Below, in pieces: positions 44,287 to 55,653 of a DNA stretch of 64,000 bases. The notes below the pieces were generated by a model. It had not been told where the DNA came from. It worked only from the letters and a program-made list of their open reading frames with translations, and did not search any database. Numbering within the stretch: the stretch's first letter is position 1; each line of letters opens with the position of its first letter. The translations under genes and the position numbers were made by a program. Source of the stretch: Eledone cirrhosa (taxonomy: Eukaryota); NCBI GenBank assembly GCA_964016885.1, contig OZ024743.1:303862001-303926000 (forward strand), written 5' to 3'.

Positions 44287-44317
<31 letters not shown>

Positions 44318-45651
44318 AGTGTGGGTGTGGGTTGGTGTGTTTATATGTATGTATGCCTGTTTCTTTTTTCAATTTTTCATGAATCCGAATTTACATTTGA
44401 CAAACCGTCTTCCAGGCGGTAGTCTGAGCAAGCAATTCACTCCCGCCTCCTTGTTCAATCTTTCATCATTTGAATGTTAACATTATTTTACAGATTTTGA
44501 TGTTTACAATTATTGTTTCATTTTGTAGTGTATCCGATAAGAAACTGAGTTCGTTCTCCAGTAATCCATGTCCAGACATACATTGGTCCACATTTGTTGA
44601 TGTATAAATTGTATTAACAGGAATAAGAGATATGAAATTGAAAGTTTATTTTGGGTACTCGGTCTGCAAAGTCCTCATCTGTGGTTCTGAAATATTCTTA
44701 CCTTGTATAAGTTTTACTTTATTAACATCGGGTATGAATCGGTGCATGCTCAATGTACAACAGGTATGGTTGAAATCCATGGCCACAAACAGTAAACTAG
44801 GGCGGTTGTATTTGGTTTGGAAGCCATTATTTCTCAGTTGGCAACAATGCGGCTACCTTCGTAGTTCTGTCTTTTCCACATCCCACATTTATTTTCAGCT
44901 GACTGGTTTGTGATTCTTTTCCCCTAGATTGCATGAAGGTATATTTCGCAGTTGAATTTTATGATTTGTCGGATCTACGTGTCAGTGTTTTGGTGTGGTT
45001 TATCACCTCAAGTACTCGTGTACAATGAAGTGGTCTATTAATTTATTTTTATTTTTTTGTTCGATCATTGTCTAGGAACACCCAGAGATTGTGAGGAAGA
45101 GATTGTTGGCAGCTTGTCTTTCATGAATCTTGTCTTGTATACTGGCTATCTTAAAGCATATTATTATGTACATGTTTACGATGGTTCTTGACAACCGGAT
45201 TTCTTGCAGTCTTAATATATATTTTAGATTACATCCGCTAGCGTAGCATATGAAATATATCTTATCCACATTTACTTCGAAAATTATATTTCAATTAAAC
45301 CGAGTATTTTTACGTTCATACATCCGTCTCGTTCATTTATTGCAATAACCATTCCATCGGGGCAAATGGTCTAAGGATGGGCAAAGGAAAGGTGATAAAA
45401 GCAATCGTATGTTGTAAGCTGAACGTTCTGTCGACCATTATACAAATGGGCATCTAATTAATATATGTATCCATCATATCTGACATTCTAATGTATATAA
45501 CAATAATTTAAGTTGCCACTAAATTACAAGTATGTATGTATTCATGTATGTTCTTATGTAAGCATTTATGTATGCATGCGTGAAAGTTTTATGTGTGTAT
45601 ATATACAAACTTTCCCGGGAACTACTGCAGACATTGAACTCAATACATAAT

Positions 45652-45836
45652 TGTTTCTACTTTAGGCACAAGGCCAGCAATTATCCCAGTGTATTACTGG
45701 TGCTTTATTTTATCGACCCCGTAAGGATGAAAGGCAAAGTTAACCTCGACAAGAATTGAACTCAGACCGTAAAGGGACATAACTATGCTGGAAAGCATGG
45801 CGTCCGACCCTCTACCGATACTGCCATCCACCGCCC
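45652..45836 (-). mobile_element. tRNA-derived SINE with 17-bp TSD
   Basis: TSD tgaactcaatacataat at 45635-45651 and 45837-45853. Confidence 0.9.
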
Positions 45837-46059
45837 TGAACTCAATACATAATGTTGCTTGATCGTGTCTTCGACAAATAATCAGGCAATGTCAGCAGGC
45901 TTGACATTTTGCGATACGAAAACCAAAATCTTCATGGAGCGCATTTAATCAGCGACCATACAGTAGTGTGTATATGCTTACGCATATATTTACATGAATA
46001 CTGCAATACACGTGGAAGAGGAATATGCTCATTTAGGAGTGTCAGGCAATCTTAATGCT

Positions 46060-46741
46060 TATTAATTTTAGTTCGTTTATATTTTAGTGTGATCGAAACA
46101 TATAGTAACTAGATGGAATCAATGATGATTATTAAGAAACATTCGTAAATGTTCCAATATTTTCTTGGGTGGAGCAATTTGAATAACAAGTTGGTTATGT
46201 TCCAGAAAGCTAAGATGATTTTTATGTAAGGAAAGTGCTGGCATAGACTTGCATGAAATAAACCAGTTAGACAAACTATGGAAGTCTAACATGGACAGAA
46301 TACTGACACATATTTTTTAGAGCATGTGTAGAAAGTATTCTGTTATTAACAGACTATCAAACTTGGAACAACACACAATCTAGAAAGAAAAGCTACAGAA
46401 AATATTTGTTATCATCAGCTGGAGATATCATATAACTAACAGAGAGCTATACCCATGCCTGCCTCGGTTATCAAATACCATTAAGCTAGGGATTTACGCT
46501 TTTCTGGCCACTGCAACAGAGCTAGGAAGTAGCCAGATTAAAAGATTTTAATTTGGTCAACATCAAGATGTTGGCATCGCAGAGGAGCTGGAATGATGAC
46601 CTTTCCAAAAATGATCTTGGAGGTTATTGGTATAAATTATGATTCTGGAATCAAAGTCTTGACTGGGAACAAATCAATTTGGAGGTAGAGGGGGTATAGC
46701 TGTTATAGCTTCGTCTGCGGTGGGCTGATGATGATGATGAC
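46060..46741 (+). mobile_element. Decayed RTE-like LINE 3' end with (TGA)n tail
   Basis: Translated pieces KLWKS...FRACVESILL typical of non-LTR RT C-terminal regions; ends gcggtgggc(tga)5. Confidence 0.55.
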
Positions 46742-46746
46742 GAATA

Positions 46747-46799
<53 letters not shown>

Positions 46800-46802
<3 letters not shown>

Positions 46803-48621
46803 CAAAGGAATTGTGGTAAGGAACCAGATGCACCATAACGCACCAGAGTACTCAATATTTAGAGTAGTAGAGTGTGAAATAGGAAAAAGTCTTACCCCAA
46901 CGGCAGAGCTCAAGCCGTTTCGACGGCTACTTCTGGACTAAATTAGAATGTTTAGCCTGGTGAATATATAGCCGAACTTGTCAAGGGGGTACTTCCTTAT
47001 ATGGGAAGATTTTAGTTGTGAAGAGGATTGGTTAAAATGTGTTGTAAACACAAATAAGTCTATCATGGCACTTGGTGGGAGGTAGGGATGGCTGAACTTG
47101 CCTGTAGAACAATAGGGGAATGAGTGGAGCAGTCAAACGTTGAAAGTGATATGTATACAGCAGATTCTAAGGATAGTGGAGATACAGCAGATTCTAAGAA
47201 GTGGAGGAGGAAGGTTATAGAATAGATAAATCGAATGAGAGTAGGAAACAATGGAAGATAATAGAAATAAATAAAAAAATATATAAAATTAGATAGTAAG
47301 AAATGAATTAAAAAAATCACAATGCTATCTTACAATTACAGGTTAATAAGTTGAGAATAGAAAAGAATTGTAGAAATTGAGTAGTAACAAAACTGAGACA
47401 AAATTAAAGGGGTCGAATACATCTGCTATAAGTAGTAAGTAAAACGTATTCGGCCAATTCTATCTCAAAATTACAGGGGTGGGGGAACTGATGCTACAGA
47501 GGCCCGATGGGGTGCATCGGGGTAGGCGAAAGGGAAAAGCAGACGAGGAAGAAAATAGGGGGTGGAAGGAAGTGATAGGATGAGACAGGGGGGAGAAGAA
47601 GACAAAGAGGAAAAGAAAAGAGATACATCTACCTATGTAAGCTGGGGTTTCCCCTAACTTATTCGGCAAGTGGGGCGGGGGGTATCAGCCCTTGTCTACC
47701 CACCCGAGTCGTTATGGAGTGTGAGGGCGAGGTAAGTCCTACGCAATTTGTGTTTGCATGCGGTTACCAGTTGTCTTTCTTGTTTAGGAGTTGAACCTTC
47801 GAAAACAGCATTTGTAATGTTTCCTCCGAGGATAAGTTACACGTACGGCGTCTTCCCGTGTAAGAGTTCGCTCTGGACAGTAAGCTCCAAGTGAGATTGT
47901 AGGTTATATTATTATATTGGAGGTCCCAGATCTGGCCCGAAAATGTAGTGGCATGTGGCCGGACCGGGTTTCGGAAAGTATGTCGGTGTTTGTAGAGCCG
48001 GGTCTTGAAGACACACCCGGTTAATCCTATATAAGCTTTGATGGAGGTGTCCGCCCTCACGTTGCACTGGTATATCAGGTTACGTTCTCGGCATTTGTTG
48101 TGAAGGGGGCACATAGATCTATCAGGGCAGTTACACCTCCTGGTCGGCTCTCCACTGATGTCTAGGTTATTTCTTCCATAGGGGTTGAGTTTTTTGTTGC
48201 TTGAGGAGACGATGTTTAGTGCGAAGTTGGGTGTGGTGCTGTAGGAGAGTTTGATGGTGTTTTTGTTGATTATATTGTGGTAGCAGTGTTGTAGTGGGAA
48301 GTGTTTTTCGAGGAGTCTAAAGAAGATTTTCCCGATAGGTGTTGCCACCTCGGCATTATGGGGAGGATGGAACCACGTTACGTTGCGTGGGCGGCGGTGT
48401 CGCCTGCTGGTTCCGCTAAGGAAAGCTGGATAAAAGGATATTTCTTCCCGGAAGCCACTCCGCGTGAGGGCCTGGTTGTAATGAGGCGCGTGTTCATCGA
48501 ATATCTGCTCATTAGGTTTCCGAAGTCATATTACGCGTCGTAGGCTATTTTAATTTTCCGTACATCGATTGTGGGGGCCCCCAGGAGCAGGTAGCCCCCT
48601 TAAGCCTCTCCCTTCGTCTTA
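46800..48621 (-). mobile_element. 5'-truncated Penelope-like element (GIY-YIG with CxCx5CPLx3C linker)
   Basis: ORF 47764-48348: KLSYS, RCNCPDRSMCPLHNKC, LIYQC...YIGLT, FKTRLYKH; 3' end abuts (TA)n. Confidence 0.85.
46894..46990 (-). ncRNA. Hammerhead-like fold with degenerate core
   Basis: ACCCC-CUUGACAA-..CGGCUA...UAGCCG..-GAAA-CGGC UUGAGCUCU GCCG-UU-GGGGU. Confidence 0.55.
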
Positions 48622-48637
48622 TCTATTGAAGTTCACA

Positions 48638-49121
48638 TTAACACTGTATTAGTACCTGATAACTTTTGAAGTTTACGTTCGATCTTCGTTTTCAGTTTAA
48701 AAACAACAATCATGATGAAATTTCAGAAATCGGATGAAATTTCAGAAATGTAAACATCTGATACATTTGAAGATAAATCACTAATATTATCTTTTGCTTC
48801 TTGTTCATTTTGAATGTAGTCGCGTGTAAAAACTTGAAAGTCGGTATCGCTACTTTCATAAGACATGTTGATACAAACAAATAATCTGTTCTACTTTCAA
48901 CGTTAAAAAAACAAGTGTTGTTTTAAGTCGTTTCACAATATTAAGTGTTAATTTTCGCGGTAAGGGCCTAATCTCGCAGTAATCTCGAATTGACAAGATT
49001 TTGATGACGGTATTGTTTATTTTTAGAACGATATTTAAGTGTGGGTGTTACGGCGGTTTTTGGACGGTTTGAACACATTAAGGGGAAATAATTTCGGCCG
49101 GTTTGAATACTAAAGGGTTAA
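48638..49121. mobile_element. Possible TTAA-flanked (piggyBac-like) MITE nested in the Helitron 5' end
   Basis: Right end ggtttgaatactaaagggTTAA; left end TTAAcactgtattagtacc is an imperfect inverted match. Confidence 0.4.
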
Positions 49122-49408
49122 AGGTGGTTTAGTTAATGTGTTTATGGTCATAAGATTCCAGTTTATCATGCTGTGATTTTTCGGCCATTTTTTGCCTGAA
49201 TCCTTTCAATGGTTAGTACTTACTTTGCGTTGCCCCTAACTTAAAACCTGAAATTTGACTGGTACACAAATTCTTGCAAAACATACCCATTTTCTCAGAC
49301 CACATAGATTTATCACATTTTTTCACAATTTATATCCGTGCTTTTTTGCTGACTTAAACGTTATTTGTCCACTATTTATCGTTCTCCCTGGTTAATTTTC
49401 TAAAAACA

Positions 49409-52400
49409 ATGCCCCCAAGAAAATAACTGTCATTGGTCGATCATCTAATAATGCAAGTAAATCTAAGTGAAGGCGTCTCACGGAAGATGCAAATGCAACT
49501 GCGATCAGGCTCTCACAGAATGCTGTGCAGACGGCAGCTGCAAGAACGGAGGAAGATGACAGTAGGCGTGAACTTCGACGGAACAAAAGTGCTGCCGCGA
49601 CTGCTGCTGCTCGCGCACGAGGGGGTGAAGGACGACGTGTCGTTCGACGTAGCAGGGACGCCTCTGCAACATTCACTGCTAGCGCACGAGATGATGAAGG
49701 ACGACGCGCTGTTCGACGAAGCAGGGACGCAGCTGCAACTTTCGCTGCTTGCACACGAGAAGATGAAGGACGACGCGCCGTTTGACGAAGCAGGGACGCC
49801 ACTGCCACGGCCGCTAAAGTTGACAGACACGACGGAGGAATCATCGAAGATTCTACGTAATATCCGCCGCTACAATTCCGCGTTTCAGATGCCATCCTTC
49901 AGAGCAAAGCTTGCCTCGTAACGTCGTTCCATGCCAACTTTCAAGGTCCAGGGGCAGATCTACCACTTGATTGATTCTATTCAGCCTCTGGCAGAAAAGG
50001 ATGCTCAATTTCTTCAGTTATACTTCGTTGGAAACTATCAGGAGCAGCTAGAGATGCGAAACTCTATTTCGTCCGAAACTAACATTGGAACCATAATAAA
50101 ACTTCAAGAAATGCTTCACGACATAAATAGCTACGTTTGCAGTTTCAAGTACGCTTTGGAATCAGCCACTGACAAAAACTTTAGTGAGGTCATACATGCT
50201 GACCGAAGGCCATCTGGAGAACACGCTGGTCGGTTCAACGCACCAACATGTAATGTGATTGCTGCGATTATGTTTGGTTAACATCACAAGAGAGATATCA
50301 TTCTAAAGCACCGATTTGCATCGTATCAATGAGATACACACTACCTATGATGTACTCCAGTATCCATTGCTATTTGTCAACGGAAAGGACGGATACCATT
50401 ACGGCATTCCTCAACATTCGGCAGGCAATGATGAGGCACATCTTAAGAAAACTGTCACCTGCATGGATTTCTACGCTTTCCGATTTGCGGTAAGGGACAA
50501 TTCATTCAAACATCTACACCGTTCTCGGGACCTTTTCCAACAATTTACTGTTGATATGGCCGTTAAAATGGAGTCCGAGAGATTATGGTTCATTAAATTA
50601 AATCAAAAAACACTTCGATCTGAATGCTACATTCATCTACGCGATGGAATTACCAACGACGTATGCCCAGACAATTTAGGGCAAGTGTGTATTTTGCCTT
50701 CAACGTTCAGAGGGGGAACCCGATACATGCACGAGAGGACTCAAGACGCCATGACCTACGTACGACACTATGGGCGCCCCAACATTTTCATAACGTTTAC
50801 ATACAATCCCAAGTGGAAGGAGATTACAAACGAACTGTTCCACAGTCAAGCGCCAACACACAGGCACGATCTCATAGCAAGAGTGTTTCGCCTGAAAGTA
50901 TCCAAATTAATGGATTTATTAAAGATAGGACAGGTTTTGGGGCCTGTCAGGTGCGACATACACGGTTGAATGGCAGAAACGAAGGCTGCCGCATACCCAT
51001 ATCTTGATTTGGTTGGTTACAAAAATCAGTTCAAACTACATCGACAAATTCATTTCTGCCGAACTAACTGATCTGTCGATTGACAAGGTGTTCTTCTCTA
51101 TAGTCACATCAAACATGGTCCATGGTCTTTGTGGACATGGACTCAATATGAAGTGCCCGTGTATACACGACAGAAAGTGTACAACACGATATCCCAGGCC
51201 GCTTTTGCAGGAAACACAAACTGGTGGTGAATGATCTCCGTTGTATAGGCGCAGGAGACCTGAAGACGGTGGGTTTACAACAAAGGTTGGTGAACGCTAA
51301 ATCGACAACAGCTGGATAGTTCCATATTTCCCCACCTTTTGAAAGCGTTCAACGCCCATATAAACGTCGAATTTTGCAACTCAGTAATATCAATTAAATA
51401 CGTTTGTAAGTACGTAAACAAGGGATCGGATGCTGCCGTCTTTGGTCTTCGTCATGAAAACAGTAGAGACGAAATATCTGACTACCAAACAGGCCGATAC
51501 ATTAGCAGCAATGAAGCCTTTTGGCGCGTTTTTGGCTTCCCACTGCACCAACGAAACCCCGTCATTAAACAACTTACCGTTCACCTTGAAAACGGTTAAC
51601 GAATGTATTTCAATGATGCAACAGCTGCTTCGCTACCGATCTCACCAAAGGAAACTACAGTCACCGCTTTTTTCAAACTTTGTCAACAAGACGACATCGC
51701 TCGAACTCTGCTGTATTCTGAAATACTGTCTTACTATACATGGAACTGGAGAAAATGGCTACGAAGGAAGGTAGGACAAGAGGTGGTTGGACATCCAGGC
51801 AACAAATTCGACAATTGCCTTGGGCGATTTTATACGGTCCACCCTACCCAACACGAATGCTTCTACCTGCGACTTCTGCTTCATGAGGTAAGAGGGCCGA
51901 CTAGCTTCACTCATCTGAGAACCGTCGATGGATACGCCTGATTGAGGCGTGGACTTTTAGAAGATGAAGCACAATGCGATGCAACAAGCGAACCAAGCTG
52001 CCATCTCACAACCATCCCGTAGTCTAAGAGCACTTTTTGCTATCCTCTTGCACGTCTTTGAATTGAGCGAGCATTACTCTTTATAGCTAGAGTTTAAAGA
52101 TGATTTCGCAGACGAATATAGGCGTCTCACACAATTGCAATCTCAAAACTTAGATGTCGGTTTTTCTGACGCTATATATAACAGAGCTCTGATCGATATT
52201 GAAGACAGAGTGGCTTCAATGGGCGGAGATGTCCTGGAGAAATTTGGGCTTCCGCAAACACTTCGAGATGTGCCATCTGACATTCCCAACAAAATTATAC
52301 GTGAAATGTCATATGATGTCGACGAACTCAAAAGGTATATTGAGAATGAACCAAAACTTCTAATGGATCAAAAACAAGCATACAACATTGTCGTTGATTC

Positions 52401-53688
52401 CATCCGAAATCGGGGAGGGGGCATATTCTTCCTGTGCGCACCTGGAGGCACGGGCAAAACATTTGTAATCAAACTTTTACTAGCTGCAGTGAGGCAACAC
52501 GGAAACATCACTTTGGCCGTGGCTTCTTCCAGCATTGCAGCAGCTTTGCTGCCTGATGGCAGGACGGCACATTCTGACTTCAGACCTCCTCTCAACGTGG
52601 CATCATATTAGATACCCACGTGCAACATCAGCAAGTCTTCCGGAATAGCGCTGGTGTCAAAGCGCTGCCTACTAATTGTTTGGGACGAATGTACAATGGC
52701 CCACAGGGCGGCTTTCGAGGCATCAGACCGGTCACTCAGAGACATCAGGGACTGTTAAGAACCAATGGGAGGTGTCACTTTCCTGTTATCTGGGGACTTC
52801 CGACAGACTCTGCCTGTAATCACAAAAGGTACGCGGGCTGATGAGGTTGGTGCATGCCTTAAGTCTTCCCCACTTTGGCGTTATGTAACACACACGAGAA
52901 CACAACTGCAAGGTGATGAGACATCAGCGGGTTTTGCTGCTGTCAATTTGTTGCTGGGAGATGGCAAAGTCCCACCCGACGGAGATGGTACAGCAGACCT
53001 CACAGGGATTTCCAGATGCGTTAAGTCAATTGCTGAGTTACAGACGTCTGTTTTTCCTAATCTGGAGGAGAACTACACAAATCAAGAGTGCTTGTGTGAA
53101 TGCGCAATATTGACTTCGAAAAACCATATAGTTGAAGCATCAATGAACAGTTCATGCTGTGCTTGCTTGGAAACATGCACGTCTACAAGTTCCTTGACTC
53201 TATGGCTGATCCGGACGAAGTTGTTAATTACCCCACATAATTCCTTAACTCCCTAGACCCTCCGGGATTGCCACCACACTTACTGCGACTTAAGAAAGGT
53301 GCCCCTGTCATGTTCCTCAGAAATTTGGAATCCCGAAGGCTTTCCAACGGCACGTGTCTGGTCATCCAAAAGGCGATGCCTCATGTTATTGAGGCAACAA
53401 TACTTATAGGATGTGGTAAGGGGGATACTGTCTTCATACCAAGGACAACCTCTCATTTCATCCGGAAAAGACATTCCTTTCACATTCAGAAGGCTGCAAT
53501 TCCCTCTCCGACTCAGTTTCGCCATGTCGATTAACAAATCACAGGGTCAGACGCTGACGTTCGTAGGGCTTTATTTAGAAGAACCGTGCTTCTACCAAGG
53601 TCAACTATATGTTGGCTGCTCTCGAGTAGGGAGCCGACATAACCTATTTGCTTTTGCAACTCTCCAGAAAACCCAAAATATAGTCTAA
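49409..53688 (+). pseudogene. Helitron RepHel (HUH endonuclease and Pif1-type SF1 helicase), many stops and frameshifts
   Basis: Rep motifs FITFTYNPKW, VEWQKRRLPHTHILIW, KYVCKYVNKG; helicase motifs [41 protein letters not shown]; N-terminal Arg/Ala repeats at 49520-49830. Confidence 0.93.
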
Positions 53689-54093
53689 GAGATATAGTCT
53701 AAGGAATGTGTGTAGGCACCTCATCCGCCAACAAGTAATCGCTGTTTTTTGTTTGTATAAGTGCTTACATTTGACTTATCCGTGTGGTATTTTTGTCTTT
53801 TTGACAATACCACGTACGCCTCTGAGGTTGCTTTTGCTATACGTTATAAATGTTCAATGTCTCCGTTTTACGCATTTATACGTTGCTATTACGCTTTGCT
53901 ATCGATGTTCCGTAGTTTTAACCTGATTAATCTACTTTTCCCTCCATCTTATATACACATTTTTTTGACATTCCAGCGTGATCTTGCCAAGACCGTTTTT
54001 GTGGCCACCGACTGTTACATGCTTTTCTAGGTTACAATCTTAAATAACAAGCAAAGCAAATACGACACACCAAAGAGTGTGAAGGATTTATTA

Positions 54094-54393
54094 AGGGTCA
54101 CCACCTCTAATCGGAGTCGTCTTTGCTGACAGCTCTGCCCCTGGAACTTTTAAGAGTGAACGATCCAAGGCCCTCCTCACGGTCACCAAGTTTAAATTGT
54201 TATCATCGGATTCATCTTTGCTGGCAGCACCGCCGCTGAGATATTTCAAAGTGAACATTAAAAGTTACTCTTCAGGGCCACCAACTATAAATTGTTATCG
54301 CTGGATTCGTCTTTGCTGGCAGCAACGCTGCAGAGATATTTCAAAGTGAATGTTCAAAAGCCCTCTTTAGGGCCAACACCTATAAATTGTTAC
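54094..54393. repeat. About 3 diverged tandem repeats of roughly 85-95 bp in the Helitron 3' subterminal region
   Basis: Recurrent ggattcgtctttgctggcagc...agtgaa...agggccacca. Confidence 0.8.
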
Positions 54394-54484
54394 TTCTATA
54401 GTCATGTTTAACGGAAGTCTTTCGGTTCATTTGAACGACTACTCCATTGAGAGTTATACCGGACAACGCGGAGTACCTCTGCTA

Positions 54485-54530
<46 letters not shown>

Positions 54531-54660
54531 AAATAAACACAGTAAATTGTGTGTCTAAAATTACGAGGGTTGAAATACCACATTGGTTTGATAAATTTAA
54601 CCTGAAGCAAACGGAAGATATACAATAAATGTACAGACCGTCTCAATAACTATTTAATCA

Positions 54661-54741
54661 CTCGGACAGATTAGAGATTTAATCTGTTTCGCCCTAAAAA
54701 TTGTGTTTGTAACAGATAATCCGTAGGCTTTCCTCAGCGAG
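54661..54741 (-). ncRNA. Type I hammerhead ribozyme with a full stem III and GUC site
   Basis: CUCG-CUGAGGA-AAGCCUA...UAGGGC-GAAA-CAGAUUA AAUCUC UAAUCUG-UC-CGAG. Confidence 0.85.
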
Positions 54742-54971
54742 AGATAACATCAAATGGAACAAACACATACAACTAAAAGCCACACGAATAAATATCTCAC
54801 TTCGTGCGCTGAACGTTAGAATTGGTGTGATATGCTAATGATAAGAGCTTTAATACACCCAACTTATAAACTCACCTAGTTACGGAGCCGAAATACAAAT
54901 ACAATACAGAATTACTAACTCATATTGATGCCATGCAATTAATAAGCTCAAAGTATAAATACTGAGCATTA

Positions 54972-55132
54972 TAGTCGGACGCCATGCTTTGACGCATAGT
55001 TACGGCCCTTGCCATTCTCAGTTCAAATCCCGCCGAGGTTAACTTAGCCTTTCATCCTTACGGGGTCGATAAAATAAAGTACCAGTAATACACTGAGTAA
55101 TTGCTGGCCTTGTGCCAAAAGTAGAAACAATT
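54972..55132 (+). mobile_element. 5'-truncated tRNA-derived SINE
   Basis: Reverse complement of the other SINE copies; B box gttcaaatcc at 55021. Confidence 0.88.
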
Positions 55133-55563
55133 ATATATTCTATATCTTCCGTTTGCTTCAGGTTAAATTTGTCAAACCAATATGGTATTTCAACCCTCGT
55201 AATTTTAGACACACAATTTACTGTGTTTATTTCTACATATATTATTATATAATGGTGGTAACTGACAATATGTTTAAACTGGTAACTCACAATATGTTTA
55301 AAGACGATGTGTATGTTTTCGGATGCACATCTATAATATATGTATGTACAAATATAATGGTCGCAAACAGATTGTTTGATATATCTAAAAATTAATATAA
55401 TAAAAATACAAGAAAACATTTCGCTCTCCATGCCTGAATACAATAAATGTAATCTGAGTTTTTCGAATGTCAATAATAACATTCAATTCGTTTGCAATTA
55501 TGCAACCCTCATTTTTAAAGTCATCCCAATGAAATGAACCCTTTATTCTTGGTCTTGTGTTGG

Positions 55564-55650
<87 letters not shown>

Positions 55651-55653
<3 letters not shown>

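Larger units (their letters stand above)
42238..44296 (+). mobile_element. Tandem array of a 558-bp hammerhead-containing non-coding unit (about 3.7 copies); retrozyme-like or solo PLE-pLTR array
   Basis: ggggtgttagtagg recurs at 42243, 42801, 43359 and 43917; no differences spotted by eye; no ORF of 60 aa or more; (TA)n at both outer ends. Confidence 0.9.
48622..54485 (+). mobile_element. Helitron, decayed autonomous type
   Basis: Proposed 5' A|TC at 48621/48622; 3' ccggacaacgcgg degenerate hairpin, then CTAG|T at 54482-54486; Rep and Pif1 motifs inside. Confidence 0.85.
54527..55240 (-). mobile_element. Non-coding HHR-bearing PLE-type insert with inverted ends of about 105 bp
   Basis: 54527-54627 is the reverse complement of about 55135-55237; HHR inside; left end at (TA)n. 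Confidence 0.78.

Noticed and set aside
42238-44296. 558-bp array as a CRISPR, rDNA or snRNA cluster
   Set aside because: No unique spacers and no recognisable rRNA, snRNA or tRNA sequence; HHR-bearing retro-repeat fits better
44540-45300. Possible decayed LINE fragment on the minus strand
   Set aside because: Coding-like composition but no unambiguous motif recovered
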